A DNA stretch of 62,447 bases, filler included, from Stramenopiles sp. TOSAG23-2 (lineage: Eukaryota), in the NCBI GenBank assembly GCA_900128395.1. It is 5 parts of 5 records of this genome, joined end to end, with 100 filler letters (N's around TTAATTAATTAA, not from the genome) between each part and the next. Parts side by side here need not be neighbours in the genome. Positions count along the whole stretch, not along the records: positions 28,773 to 57,335 come from LT649398.1; positions 57,436 to 59,039 come from LT652615.1; positions 59,140 to 60,743 come from LT652616.1; positions 60,844 to 62,447 come from LT652617.1; 1 more part is not named here. One strand, 5' to 3'. The position numbers were made by a program, and so were the translations under genes. Positions 51,223 to 62,065 of the stretch are shown here, in pieces (within the stretch, counting starts at the first letter, position 1; each line of letters begins with the position of its first letter). The notes below the pieces were generated by a model. The model saw nothing but the letters and a program-made list of their open reading frames with translations. It searched no databases and was not told the DNA's origin.

Positions 51223-53907
51223 TCACTTTCCATTACCAAATTTTAAAGGTTTTAACGAATCAAATACATGCTGCATTCTCAAGACAGGTGCTACTTGCCT
51301 ACAAAAATCAATAATAGGCCTTGCAGGGCCATTGCTAGACGATCTCGATGATTCTGCAATTATAACCATCGAAACATTTTCATCGATGTTACATATGTAA
51401 TACGATGTTGGCGATGTACCGACTCGACTTTCATGGTGGAAAAATGGATCTTTATATCCATTTAATTGTGGAATCCCTCCAATTAATAAACTGACAATAT
51501 TTGGCCAATGTCGATCTTTCAAAGTACTAATAGCAAATGATGTTGGTAAGCTAAAAATAATTGGCCAACTTTTCAAACCTTGTGGCTTCATATAATTCTT
51601 GTAACGATTTTGTCGTTCTTTCGCTCGTTTTTTATATGCATTATAAGTGCCTTCGTCGTCATCATCTTCATCGTCATCATCTTCATCGTCATCATCTTCA
51701 TTTTTGTTATCATCATCGTCATTACTATCATCATATTTATCATTTTTTGTGCGGTTTCTTCGTTTGGCATTATATTGACGATTGTTATTATTTCTTGCAT
51801 TTTCAAATGCATCATCTTCATCGCCTTCAACCACTAAATCTAAATTAGTAAAACTTCGTTGATAATTATTTGTTCCATCGTTAAGTTGTTTTGGTGGGCT
51901 TAGCATATTCTCTTTTCTGCGTCTTTTATCTTTTTGCTTTCCTCTACCTTTCTTACTGGACTTATTCGTATTATTATTATATTCAAAATCTGGGCAAATA
52001 TACCCAGTTTTTAATGAAAATGGATATCCATCCTTCAACGCAGATACATTTAATACTAATGTCACGTATACACTTGATGAGATTGTAGCTTGACACCGAT
52101 TAATCATTTTTGACGCAATACCGATAAAATCTAATGCAGTATCTTTTGTCAAATTGATTCCTATTTGCATCGGTAATAGCCGACGATTATTCTCATTTGC
52201 AACTCGAAGCATTTTTTTATTGTTATTATCATTATCAGTGACATGACTATCATTACTTCTGCTACTATTTACTTCATCTTTCTTCTTCATACCATCGAAA
52301 ACGCTAGGAACATTGTTACTGTCCTTTTTATCAAGGGATGATGGAACTGATGTTTTATTATTTTTGTTTGGTGAATTTTTACCATTTTTATTCCATAAAA
52401 CATCTTGTACATCATTCCATTCTTTTGAATTTATGGCATTTGTATTCTTTTCGCTGTGCTCATTGGTTGTATTTACTTTCATGTTATTGTTATTGTTGCC
52501 ACGACCTATAAAACCAATCTGCTGTTGTTGCTTCGATTGTTCTTGTAATCGTTGTTGCGATTCTTTGTTCTTTAATTGCCGTTCTTTTGCAAAACTATAT
52601 TTGTTATATTCTTCTACCAAATGAGATTTTGTAAGTATACCATGAAAAAATAATGTCGATTTAGCAAGACATGTATCTAAATATTGCTTTAACCATGGAA
52701 AAATTGGTGGTAAATTAAATTTTTTATTATTAAATGCATTCTCTTTTTTCCTGTTCCGAGGACTTGTTCTAGTAGACATATTATTGGAACTATTGATACT
52801 ATTAACACGAGTATTATTTCTTGGGCTTTTATTTTTGTTTACAACAACATTATTATTATTATTATTGTTATTACTTGTTGATGACGATAAATTATTACTA
52901 TGATTATTGCTGTCATTCATATCCTTGAAATTATTATTATTATCGGATTGAATAATAGATAATCCAGACCAAAACCTAAAGCCCTTTGATTTACTATTGT
53001 TGGATGAAGTCAAAGATGAAGATCGACTTCGTCTACCGCTTAAATTATCTGCACTGCTACCATTACGCTTCATGCCCTTAGTCATTTTAAAAGTATTATT
53101 TCTTACATTATTATTATTTCTATCATTTAAATTATTTATGCTATCAGATATAATGCCTAAATTTGCAGCACCACGTTCTACTGAATTTTCCCAAACATTA
53201 TACAATGTCTTACATTGATATAGACGCACAGTTGCATCTTTAAATTGGTAACTACTGATACCAATCTGTGCTTCAAATAGACGACACAATAACTCTATTT
53301 CAGAGGATGTATTAATTTTCAAACGTCTTAAAGATTTATGTGTACATTTTAAAGGTCGTTTAGATATCGAACGAGCGGCAGCGGCAAATTCATCGTAATC
53401 TATTTCATCGAGTTTATTCGCTTTTAAAGCGCGGTATATCATTATCATTGATGTACGAACTTGTAAAATACAACATAAATCCTCTAACAATTTGCAAAAA
53501 CTGCGTGCTTCGTCGTATTTTTCTTTATCCATTTCATATAGCTCTAATAAAGTTTGAAAAGCATTAAATACTTCTTGATACATAGTATCTACACTTCCAT
53601 CTTCTAAAAATGCAATTGAATAATACATACTTTCACAAGCTGCAAGCAACGAAAATGATGATGCAACATCTAAAAAAACTTTTTTACTTTGCGGTGCATC
53701 AGTTGATAATCCCCAAATGTCACTAGCTTGTCGAAAACGAAATAATTCTAAACCAGAAAAAAATAAAGCAACTCGTTCATTAATTAATTGAAAATACGTT
53801 TCACGATTCACAGCGATATTATTGTTATTGCCATTGGGGGAAGAAGAAGATGGTGCGGATAAATTATTGGTAGGTGTATCTAAATTTCCAATTGTTATAT
53901 TTGCCAT
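51223..53907 (-). CDS. KICS2: KICSTOR complex subunit KICS2 (C12orf66-like) with long Asn/Asp-rich insertions
   Basis: LLAACESMYYSIAFL, EIELLCRLFEAQIGI..YQF, LAKSTLFFH, GLKSWPIIFSLP, HWPNIVSLL and YYICNID match the conserved blocks of C12orf66. Confidence 0.82.
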   Translation of the reverse strand: MANITIGNLDTPTNNLSAPSSSSPNGNNNNIAVNRETYFQLINERVALFFSGLELFRFRQASDIWGLSTDAPQSKKVFLDVASSFSLLAACESMYYSIAFLEDGSVDTMYQEVFNAFQTLLELYEMDKEKYDEARSFCKLLEDLCCILQVRTSMIMIYRALKANKLDEIDYDEFAAAARSISKRPLKCTHKSLRRLKINTSSEIELLCRLFEAQIGISSYQFKDATVRLYQCKTLYNVWENSVERGAANLGIISDSINNLNDRNNNNVRNNTFKMTKGMKRNGSSADNLSGRRSRSSSLTSSNNSKSKGFRFWSGLSIIQSDNNNNFKDMNDSNNHSNNLSSSTSNNNNNNNNVVVNKNKSPRNNTRVNSINSSNNMSTRTSPRNRKKENAFNNKKFNLPPIFPWLKQYLDTCLAKSTLFFHGILTKSHLVEEYNKYSFAKERQLKNKESQQRLQEQSKQQQQIGFIGRGNNNNNMKVNTTNEHSEKNTNAINSKEWNDVQDVLWNKNGKNSPNKNNKTSVPSSLDKKDSNNVPSVFDGMKKKDEVNSSRSNDSHVTDNDNNNKKMLRVANENNRRLLPMQIGINLTKDTALDFIGIASKMINRCQATISSSVYVTLVLNVSALKDGYPFSLKTGYICPDFEYNNNTNKSSKKGRGKQKDKRRRKENMLSPPKQLNDGTNNYQRSFTNLDLVVEGDEDDAFENARNNNNRQYNAKRRNRTKNDKYDDSNDDDDNKNEDDDDEDDDDEDDDDEGTYNAYKKRAKERQNRYKNYMKPQGLKSWPIIFSLPTSFAISTLKDRHWPNIVSLLIGGIPQLNGYKDPFFHHESRVGTSPTSYYICNIDENVSMVIIAESSRSSSNGPARPIIDFCRQVAPVLRMQHVFDSLKPLKFGNGK

Positions 53908-54153
53908 GGCTGTTGTTGTTGTTGTTTATCTTGTTGTATATGTATATGTATATGTATATTTATATGTATGTATATTCTCTTCTCTTTTATCTATGCATAT
54001 ATTGCTTATATAGTCATATATGTTAAAATTATTGTTTGTGATATTATATATCCCAGTGCCAGAGTGATGTATGTGTGCATGCATGTGATTTTACTAAATA
54101 CTGTACCTGGTAATTGAAATAATAATTTAAATAATACAGTAATTATATTCCAG

Positions 54154-54225
54154 AATCACGAAACAATTATTCCCTACCTTTTAGCCTTAATTTATCAAAT
54201 TCACGAAACAAATTGTTTCGTGATT
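54154..54225. promoter_or_regulatory. Three copies of TCACGAAACAA (one direct copy, two forming a palindrome) in a divergent promoter
   Basis: AATCACGAAACAATT (54154-54168); TCACGAAACAA-a-TTGTTTCGTGA (54201-54223). Confidence 0.5.
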
Positions 54226-54512
54226 GTTTTTTTGTGTTTGTTGATGGTACTGTATGCTGTACTTTAATGAATTTAACTTGGGTATAATAAATAATAATAA
54301 AAAATAATATATAATTAATTTACCTGGTAGAAGACTATTATTATTATATATATTTTTTATTATATTATTTTAATTTAAATAATTAATAAATAACCCTTAT
54401 AATAATATAAATAATAATATATAATTGTGAACTTGCCACGTTTGACCCCGCTTCAGTTTTGGGGTTAACTTCACACATACCCCCCCCCTCCCCAGAATTT
54501 ATAATAGCTAAA

Positions 54513-55169
54513 ATGGACGCCGACGCTTTCTACGTGGCTATGCTTATGGGTACCTTTGTACCACTTGGTTTTGTATATGGCGGAGTTAATACGGCAATAA
54601 ACCACCACAGGCTTAAGAAAAGACTGAATGCTTTATTCAACAACAGTGTCGATATTGTGAAAACAGAAGGAAAATTGACAGAAAAATCCAAAAGATCTGT
54701 AGGAAGCGGAGACACCTCGAGAACTGAATATAAAATAAGCTATGAGTTTCAACTCGGTTCTGAGAACGAGGGCCAATTTGCCACGAAAACCGTATTAGTA
54801 TCGAGTACGATATATAACCAGTTGCCCGAAATAGCGGGTAGCTTCAGTGTTATTTATTCCAAACAAGACATTATGTTTAACTTCCCTGAAATTCAAGCAG
54901 AGAAGCTGCGCAATGCCCCCCTCTGCGGTTTAATACACGTAGCATTAGGCTGCGCTGCGTATATATTCGTGTTTATCTTTATGATGATTTCCTCAGCGGG
55001 CTCAGAGTCAGTTCCGGAAAGCTCAAGGATGGCCGTTGCAATCGCTTCAGTTTTCATTTTTGTCGTTGGCTGTGCTGCTATAGGATGGCGAGTATCGAAG
55101 GCCCCGACAATTGCCAAACAATGGTTGGGAGAAACTGTAATCAAGAACAATCAAGCGGAGAGAATCTAA
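54513..55169 (+). CDS. Three-TM membrane protein with a beta-rich loop (DUF3592-like architecture)
   Basis: TM helix, then TEGKLTEK...YKISYEF...SVIYS, then two TM helices. ATG 54513 is preferred over TTG 54459. Confidence 0.7.
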   Translation: MDADAFYVAMLMGTFVPLGFVYGGVNTAINHHRLKKRLNALFNNSVDIVKTEGKLTEKSKRSVGSGDTSRTEYKISYEFQLGSENEGQFATKTVLVSSTIYNQLPEIAGSFSVIYSKQDIMFNFPEIQAEKLRNAPLCGLIHVALGCAAYIFVFIFMMISSAGSESVPESSRMAVAIASVFIFVVGCAAIGWRVSKAPTIAKQWLGETVIKNNQAERI

Positions 55170-55485
55170 ACCGTTTATCCAACATACTTACTTCAGAGGA
55201 AAGTAAGTTTTTTATTTTCTTCCCACATGGATGTAATAATATAATATTTTGATATTATTATTATACTCGAGTAAAAAAAGTACGACCGTAACATTTTATT
55301 AATTGGACATGCGAGTAAATTAAAAAAAAATAAATTATATATGTGTACACGTGCATAAAAACATATTATACTCTTACATATTACATTATTTTTCAATAGA
55401 GGCGCGACAATTTAAATAAAAATCTTAATTAATAAAATTTTATCACAACAACAAAAATGTAAAAAAATATTTTTTTAATAATAAA

Positions 55486-55797
55486 TCATGTCCAAAAACT
55501 CAACACTTGACTACTTCCATTAGTTTGCCACATACCTACATGGTCTGGTTTATATACACCTTCCGGATAATAATTTATAAACCCTGAATCCCGTTGATGA
55601 GTGAAAAGGAAAGTTCCTTTGTCATCGTTGATTGCTTTTGCATCCAGTTGATCCAAGTCACTTAATTTAGCTGATTGTAGCCAACTAGATAGGTCACGAT
55701 TACCTCCAAACCAACAGCCATATACTTTTCTGCCTTTAGTTGTTTCACCAAGGTAACTTAAATCTTTATTATTAAATGCTGTTTTCTTATTATCCAT
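55486..55797 (-). CDS. Small hypothetical protein (103 aa)
   Basis: From ATG 55797 (AAAATG context) the sequence is complex and globular-looking (MDNKKTAF...VYGCWFGG...GMWQTNG...SFWT). The upstream part of the ORF looks like UTR. Confidence 0.6.
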   Translation of the reverse strand: MDNKKTAFNNKDLSYLGETTKGRKVYGCWFGGNRDLSSWLQSAKLSDLDQLDAKAINDDKGTFLFTHQRDSGFINYYPEGVYKPDHVGMWQTNGSSQVLSFWT

Positions 55798-56055
55798 TTT
55801 GTATTCTTTGTATATTCTTGTTGCTTTTTCTGTGCGTTGTGTTCTAATTTGTGTTTTGTTCTTTTCAATATTATTGTGTAAATATATGCACATAAAACAG
55901 TCTATAATGTGTTTGTAGTTATTAATAATATATCCCGTTAAAGGATACATGGGCTCTAAACAAATGGGACCATCGTTTAAGTTATCTAGGGGGACTACTT
56001 TACGGGATTTCCTATTAAAACACTCCGTCTATTTTTTATTGTTTCCCATTTTTAT

Positions 56056-57333
56056 TCAGTTTTTTTTAAAACTTGTGTGTAGAATTTTTACTAACCACTC
56101 TTTACCAAACTCTTGCAAAGATTCTTTATATTTTGACTTTAATATTTCATCTAATTCTTCTGTTTTTCCTTTGAAATGATTTATGACTTTCCCCACATAT
56201 TCTACTGTTATTATGCTATTACTGCTATTATGTTTTTGCAAATATGCAATCAACAATTCCTGCAATACGGCATCAGGTAAGCTTTTAAAATAATTGCTTT
56301 CAGAAGATTCCAATGAGTTATTTATCGTTGATGGTGGTATTGGCGTTGAAGTTTGAACCTCATCATTTTTCGGCATAGTTTCATCTTTCTTGTTTTGTTT
56401 TTTATCCCGTTTCTTATTTCTTGCTCTTACACGTTCTTTTAGCACATCTGATTTCTTTTTATGTATATCGGATATTCTTTTTTTTACGTTCATAATACGT
56501 TCTTCATGTGATGCAGTCTTATGTCTAACAAATAGACTCAATCGCCGCATCGCTGATCCTCGTCTAGATTTACGTTTTTTTATTGGTAACACCTCTTTTT
56601 TTAATTTTGAACGTTTTCCTGCTCTGTGCCTTTTAGCAAGTAGTCGAGAGAGTACAAATGGCGACACCTTTGTACCGTGCACCGTCTTTTTCTTCTCATC
56701 TTCTTTGACAACACTACTACTATTAGTATTAATATTGTGTATTTCTGTCGACGGGTGTATTTTTGAGGAAGATATAGTTGCTTCTCTTGTTTGATTTTGT
56801 TCGTATTGTGAGGCATTTTGTTGCGAAGCTTCTGTATTATCTTCTTCTCTATTCTGCTCTTCTTCTGTACCAAAAAGCTGAGATAAAAGCTGCCTTCTTA
56901 TCCATTTTTCCTTCTCTATTTCTTCTTGTAAAATATTCGCTACTATTAGCGTTTTTTTTTCATTCAATCTTTCAATATGAATAAATTTCCTACCACCCTG
57001 ATTTTTTGGTATGAAATGATAGAAGAAGAACAAATACGGCTTTCCTATTATCATCTTATCATATGGATCATATGGCAATTTACCTAGACAACAACATTTT
57101 TTCCCCCGTCTCCTCCTAGCAATAATACAGCCATAAATATAAAAATACAACACGAGAAGACCAAGCGATGCTACTGAAATTTTCGCAGAATTAAAAGCAA
57201 TAAACCCTTCTTCTTCACTTGCCACAACAATCATTATTGGTATAGCTATTATACCAATCACACTTACAAATTCTGGGAAACTCCAAACAAATTCAAATTG
57301 TAATAAATAATTAATAGTGATCTTCCTACCAAA
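56056..57333 (-). CDS. Membrane protein, 5'-truncated by a gap, with a small C-terminal helical domain
   Basis: The frame is open up to the linker. Two TM segments, a basic linker and LIAYLQKHN...VINHFKGKTEELDEILKSKY motif. Confidence 0.75.
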   Translation of the reverse strand, partial: FGRKITINYLLQFEFVWSFPEFVSVIGIIAIPIMIVVASEEEGFIAFNSAKISVASLGLLVLYFYIYGCIIARRRRGKKCCCLGKLPYDPYDKMIIGKPYLFFFYHFIPKNQGGRKFIHIERLNEKKTLIVANILQEEIEKEKWIRRQLLSQLFGTEEEQNREEDNTEASQQNASQYEQNQTREATISSSKIHPSTEIHNINTNSSSVVKEDEKKKTVHGTKVSPFVLSRLLAKRHRAGKRSKLKKEVLPIKKRKSRRGSAMRRLSLFVRHKTASHEERIMNVKKRISDIHKKKSDVLKERVRARNKKRDKKQNKKDETMPKNDEVQTSTPIPPSTINNSLESSESNYFKSLPDAVLQELLIAYLQKHNSSNSIITVEYVGKVINHFKGKTEELDEILKSKYKESLQEFGKEWLVKILHTSFKKN

Positions 57334-57335
57334 AG

Positions 57336-57435
57336 NNNNNNNNNNNNNNNNNNNNNNNNNNNNNNNNNNNNNNNNNNNNTTAATTAATTAANNNNNNNNN
57401 NNNNNNNNNNNNNNNNNNNNNNNNNNNNNNNNNNN
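57336..57435. other. Artificial scaffold linker (assembly gap)
   Basis: 44N-TTAATTAATTAA-44N. Confidence 0.98.
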
Positions 57436-57921
57436 TAAGCAATAACATTGTTTTTATTACTACTACTATCTTTTTATTACACAACATCTTCACCCAAAAA
57501 AAAAATGTATTTTACTATATATATACTTAAATGATTATATGCTTTAATTTCATTTATGATGTCTTTCCCTATATATATAGATATTAATATAATTGAATAA
57601 TTGATGAAAACAAACAAACAACAAACACGTTTTAAATTTAAATTTTTTTTTCGAATAAATAAGAAGACTTATTATATATATATATATAGAGGATCGATAC
57701 GATCATCAAATATATTAATATATATATATGATAGGAACAAATCAGCAGATTAGATATATAGATATATAATACCAGTTATAGAAAAGAATTATATCTCAAC
57801 CTCTCATTATTAAAATTAACAATAGTAGAAATAGAATATAGTAGTAGTATTAAGAAAGATATACGTGAATACAATATATATACATATATGTAAATATAAC
57901 AACAATCCTTCTCAACATAAT

Positions 57922-58677
57922 ATGGCATCATCAATACGAACAATGAATATACCATTAATATTTGTAAGGCACGGACAATCAGAAGGAAATGCAAAGAGAG
58001 TATGTTCAACAAAAGAACAAAAATTGACTGAAAAAGGCATTGAGCAAGCTGAAAAATTAGGAAAGTATTTACATGATAATAAAGCAAAATTCCATTTTGA
58101 CCATGTGTATACCTCAGATTTAGATCGTGTATTGTTGACAACAAAAATAATATTAAAATATCAGCCAATAGAAAGTGAAGATCAATTGAAAGTATTGCCA
58201 ATATTACGAGAAAAAGATCCAGGAATTTTTGCTGGTAAACCAAGGATTGATTTAAAAAATGAACGTGCCAAAACCAAAGCACCAAGAGACCATCGTCCAA
58301 AAGATGGTGAAAGTTGGAACGATGTAAAAGCACGTACAATTAAATTTTTGATAGACGATATCATCAAAAGACAATGTGGTACTAATAATCATTCATCATC
58401 ATCCGAAAATAATAATAATAATAATAGTCCTGGTAGTAAATTTGAAATGACAGATGATGGAACATTGATATTATATAAATTCCCATTGATAAGCACAAGT
58501 GGTGGTGTCATTAAAGAATTTATCAATGCCCATGTTTCACCATATATTTTTCATTCAGATTATCCAAATTGTGCTAAGAATTGCTCAATATATACCTTCA
58601 ATGTAAACATTCCTGATGTAAACGATCTAACCGATTATAAAGTAGAAATGGTTTTAGAAAACCATGTTGCTCATTAG
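57922..58677 (+). CDS. Histidine phosphatase / phosphoglycerate mutase family protein
   Basis: Motifs FVRHGQSEGN, LTEKGIEQA, YTSDLDRV, LREKDPG, GESWNDV and NCSI. ATG 57922 is preferred over GTG 57865. Confidence 0.92.
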   Translation: MASSIRTMNIPLIFVRHGQSEGNAKRVCSTKEQKLTEKGIEQAEKLGKYLHDNKAKFHFDHVYTSDLDRVLLTTKIILKYQPIESEDQLKVLPILREKDPGIFAGKPRIDLKNERAKTKAPRDHRPKDGESWNDVKARTIKFLIDDIIKRQCGTNNHSSSSENNNNNNSPGSKFEMTDDGTLILYKFPLISTSGGVIKEFINAHVSPYIFHSDYPNCAKNCSIYTFNVNIPDVNDLTDYKVEMVLENHVAH

Positions 58678-59039
58678 AAGAGACGACACATTTTTCTCTT
58701 CAGTGCTTCACAATATATTGATATTATTTATTATTATAAGAAGCTTAAAATATAATGAGAGTAAAAAACTGTTGTTCGTACTATTTTTGAAAATTTTTCT
58801 GTGGGGGTGTGGTGTGATTGAATCTTTAAAGACAACCCAAAATAATATAGTTGACAAATACATAATATTATTATTTTACAATGTTAATGCTTCCTTTTTA
58901 TTTTCTCTGCTGTGGGTTTCTTTTAGTTTGCATTTTTACTTTTTCTTTTTTTCTTACGCTGCTTGATAGTTTTATTATTATTTATATTACTTGGACTTGA
59001 AATTTCTTCTTTATCTTCTTCTTTATTATTCGAACTATT

Positions 59040-59139
59040 NNNNNNNNNNNNNNNNNNNNNNNNNNNNNNNNNNNNNNNNNNNNTTAATTAATTAANNNNN
59101 NNNNNNNNNNNNNNNNNNNNNNNNNNNNNNNNNNNNNNN
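59040..59139. other. Artificial scaffold linker (assembly gap)
   Basis: 44N-TTAATTAATTAA-44N. Confidence 0.98.
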
Positions 59140-59140
59140 C

Positions 59141-60076
59141 AAACCTTCACCACATACACCATTAACTACGGTTATGATGGGTGAAATTGCAGCTACAGCA
59201 TTTCCACCTGGTGTTATGAATGTCTTATCTGGTGGTAACGAACTTGGACGTTGGATCGTTGATCATCCAGATATTGTTCATATTACTTTCACTGGTAGTG
59301 CAGCAACTGGTAAAAATATCATGAAATCTGCAGCTGGTACATTGAAAAAATTGACATTGGAATTAGGAGGTAACGATGCAGCAATTGTTATGCCTGAAAC
59401 TAATATTGATGAAGTTGCACCAAAGATTTTCAGTGCTGCTATGTTCAACTCTGGCCAAACCTGTGTTGCAATCAAACGTGTATTTGTCCATGAAAGCCAA
59501 TATGAAGATTTCGTTGACAAAATCGGTAACATTGCAAAACAAGCAACTGTTGGTGATGGTACACAAGATGGTATTGCATATGGTCCAATGAACAATGAAA
59601 TGCAATTGAAACGCATTGAAATGTTAGTTGATGATGCTAAAAAAAGTGGTGGTCGTATTATCACTGGTGGTGAACGCCCAGTAATTCCTGGTAAAGAAGG
59701 TGGTTTTTATTACAAACCAACCATTGTTGCTGATTTGACTGACGAAGATCGTCTTGTTAAAGAAGAACAATTTGGTTTAGCATTGCCAATCTTGAAATAC
59801 AAAGATGTGGATGAAGCATTGGAACGTGCAAATAACTCTGAATATGGTTTAGGTGGTTCCGTATGGGGTCCAGATGCAGAGAAAGCAGCTGAAGTTGCTG
59901 TACAGCTTGAATCTGGCATGAGTTGGGTAAATCAACATTTAGCCGGAAACGAAAATGCACCATTCGGTGGTGTAAAAGGAAGTGGTATTGGCCGTGAAGG
60001 TGGCGGTGCAATTGGCTTGAAAGAATTTGTTGATGTCAAAAGTCTATACGTGAAGAAATTAAAAAGTGGATTGTAA
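59141..60076 (+). CDS. Aldehyde dehydrogenase, 5'-truncated by a gap
   Basis: Motifs KPSPHTP, FTGSAATG, LELGGND, FNSGQTCVA (catalytic Cys), EEQFG and PFGGVKGSGIGREG. Confidence 0.96.
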   Translation, partial: KPSPHTPLTTVMMGEIAATAFPPGVMNVLSGGNELGRWIVDHPDIVHITFTGSAATGKNIMKSAAGTLKKLTLELGGNDAAIVMPETNIDEVAPKIFSAAMFNSGQTCVAIKRVFVHESQYEDFVDKIGNIAKQATVGDGTQDGIAYGPMNNEMQLKRIEMLVDDAKKSGGRIITGGERPVIPGKEGGFYYKPTIVADLTDEDRLVKEEQFGLALPILKYKDVDEALERANNSEYGLGGSVWGPDAEKAAEVAVQLESGMSWVNQHLAGNENAPFGGVKGSGIGREGGGAIGLKEFVDVKSLYVKKLKSGL

Positions 60077-60690
60077 AAATTATCATAAAAATTGAAAAGA
60101 GGGGAGGTGAAGGGAGAGAGAGAGAGATACAGGGAAAGAAAAAGTACACACAATCATATACCAACTTCGTATATAATACAATCATATGACATATATGTGT
60201 TGCATACACTGAAAACGTGTTGTTTTTACACACACACACACGCACCTTATGAAAATTAAAAAGAAACACAAAACATAAATGTGTGCGTTAATATTAATTT
60301 AGCTTAGTATATTAAGTGCTATAATAAAATACAATTGTATTATAAATTATATTTAAAAATATTAATATATATAATTCAAGCAGATTCTTTTCTAACACCA
60401 CACACCACACTCATGAATCACACCATCGTTTTCGCGATCATATACACAATGGTATTTCCATAGTAGTAATTTCCAATATTTTTTCCAATATACTGAATAG
60501 TGTTATTTTATTACAAAAAAGTTTGCAAAATAATATATACAACTAAACTAAGAATGAATTAAAACAATATTATAATGTAATCAGAGTAGAAACAAATGTG
60601 GAAAGGAACAAACATATATATGTAGAAAAACAAAACAAAAGAAGATTCATAAAATACAAATTTATAAACACAACAAAAAACACAACAAAC

Positions 60691-60734
60691 ATGTCATACA
60701 ATAACAAATTATTAATCAATGGACAATTGGTGGA
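60691..60734 (+). CDS. First exon of a probable second aldehyde dehydrogenase copy, cut by a gap
   Basis: ATG...MSYNNKLLINGQLV followed by a GTAAGT donor. KLLING is a typical ALDH N-terminus. Confidence 0.55.
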
Positions 60735-60743
60735 GTAAGTATT

Positions 60744-60843
60744 NNNNNNNNNNNNNNNNNNNNNNNNNNNNNNNNNNNNNNNNNNNNTTAATTAATTAAN
60801 NNNNNNNNNNNNNNNNNNNNNNNNNNNNNNNNNNNNNNNNNNN
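60744..60843. other. Artificial scaffold linker (assembly gap)
   Basis: 44N-TTAATTAATTAA-44N. Confidence 0.98.
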
Positions 60844-61196
60844 GTTAATGTATTATATATATACGTTGTATCTATTTATGTAACGTTCTGCCGGAGGCCG
60901 GAGGATTTATGTTGCCATTTTTTCATGACTCACGACTGTTGATAGTGGGAAATAATTTTTAGAATGTGATCAGTACAGGTATTGTACGACCTGCAGTGCT
61001 GCACACCTTCTTTTTTTCTTATTTATATTATTATTTATGATGAAAAAAGATATTATATTCATGTAAATACCATACCTGGCATGTATTATAGGTACCTGGT
61101 AAATAAATGAAACTTAAGAGAAGTAAGATTTCACAACAAATTATTTCTTAAAAGCAACAAACAAAAACAAAAAATTGTGCAAAAATTATTTTAAAG

Positions 61197-62065
61197 ATGG
61201 CAAAAAAAGTATGTTGTTTAATAGGCGCATCTTCAAAATGGATGCCTACTGGAGTTAGCGCTATGAATGAAAATGGTGGTAAAGCAATCACAGAAGAATT
61301 TCCCAAGTTAGATGGGGAGTTGGCGGAGCTTTGGGTTTAAAATTTGCGGCTGAAGGTTGTCTTGTTGCTCCTTTCAGCCGTAAAATAGCCAACGTCCAAA
61401 ACCTAGCAAAGGCCATACGAGGACGTAGTGGTCAAGCTATCTGTGTTCAATGTGAACTGTCTTCGGAGGAATCTATTAAAACTGCATTTAATGCAGTAAG
61501 AAAAGAAACTGGCACAAATCATATTGAATATTTAGTTTATAATGCTGGATATACTAGCCAAGGTAAAAGTGAAGTTTTAATCGAAGATCTACCAATCAAA
61601 CTATTGGATGATGCACACCATTCACAATGCCGCGGAGCGGTACTTTGTTGCCGGCAAGTATTACCAGAGATGCGACAGAATGGCGGTGGTGCTATTCTAT
61701 TCAGTAGTGTCCCGGCATCGATACACGCTTCACAAAAAGGTTTACCTAATTCAATTACAAAAGCTGGCATGCGGGGTCTTTCTATGGCAATTGCAAGAGA
61801 ATATAATCAATATGGCGTACATTCTGTACATATAGTTTTAGATGGTTTAATTGATTCAGCTGGAACTAGAAGGTTTGCAGACTTTATGAACAAAAGAATG
61901 GATAAAGAGATTGCTGAGAAAGGATATAGCAAGAAAGGCAAGGCTGTGATGGATCCTGTTGCATTAGCAAATACATATTACGCATTGGCTACTCAAGATC
62001 CGAGTATCTGGACAAATGAGATAATTTTAACACCTAGTAGCCGCCCAGTGGCATCTAGAATGTAA
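61197..62065 (+). CDS. Short-chain dehydrogenase/reductase with a frame disruption near 61304
   Basis: MAKKVCCLIGASSKW... (from 61197) continues in another frame as VRWGVGGALGLKFA, then LVYNAG and GVHSVHIVLDGLID; ends SRM. Confidence 0.85.

Noticed and set aside
28673-60843. Repeated TTAATTAATTAA flanked by Ns (four times) as a biological repeat
   Set aside because: The identical 100-bp 44N/12/44N construct is an artificial six-frame-stop linker. Gene adjacency across these points is unverified.
59141-62065. ALDH and SDR as members of the FAH/ACAD/HpcH cluster
   Set aside because: They are separated from it by unrelated genes and two to four assembly gaps.
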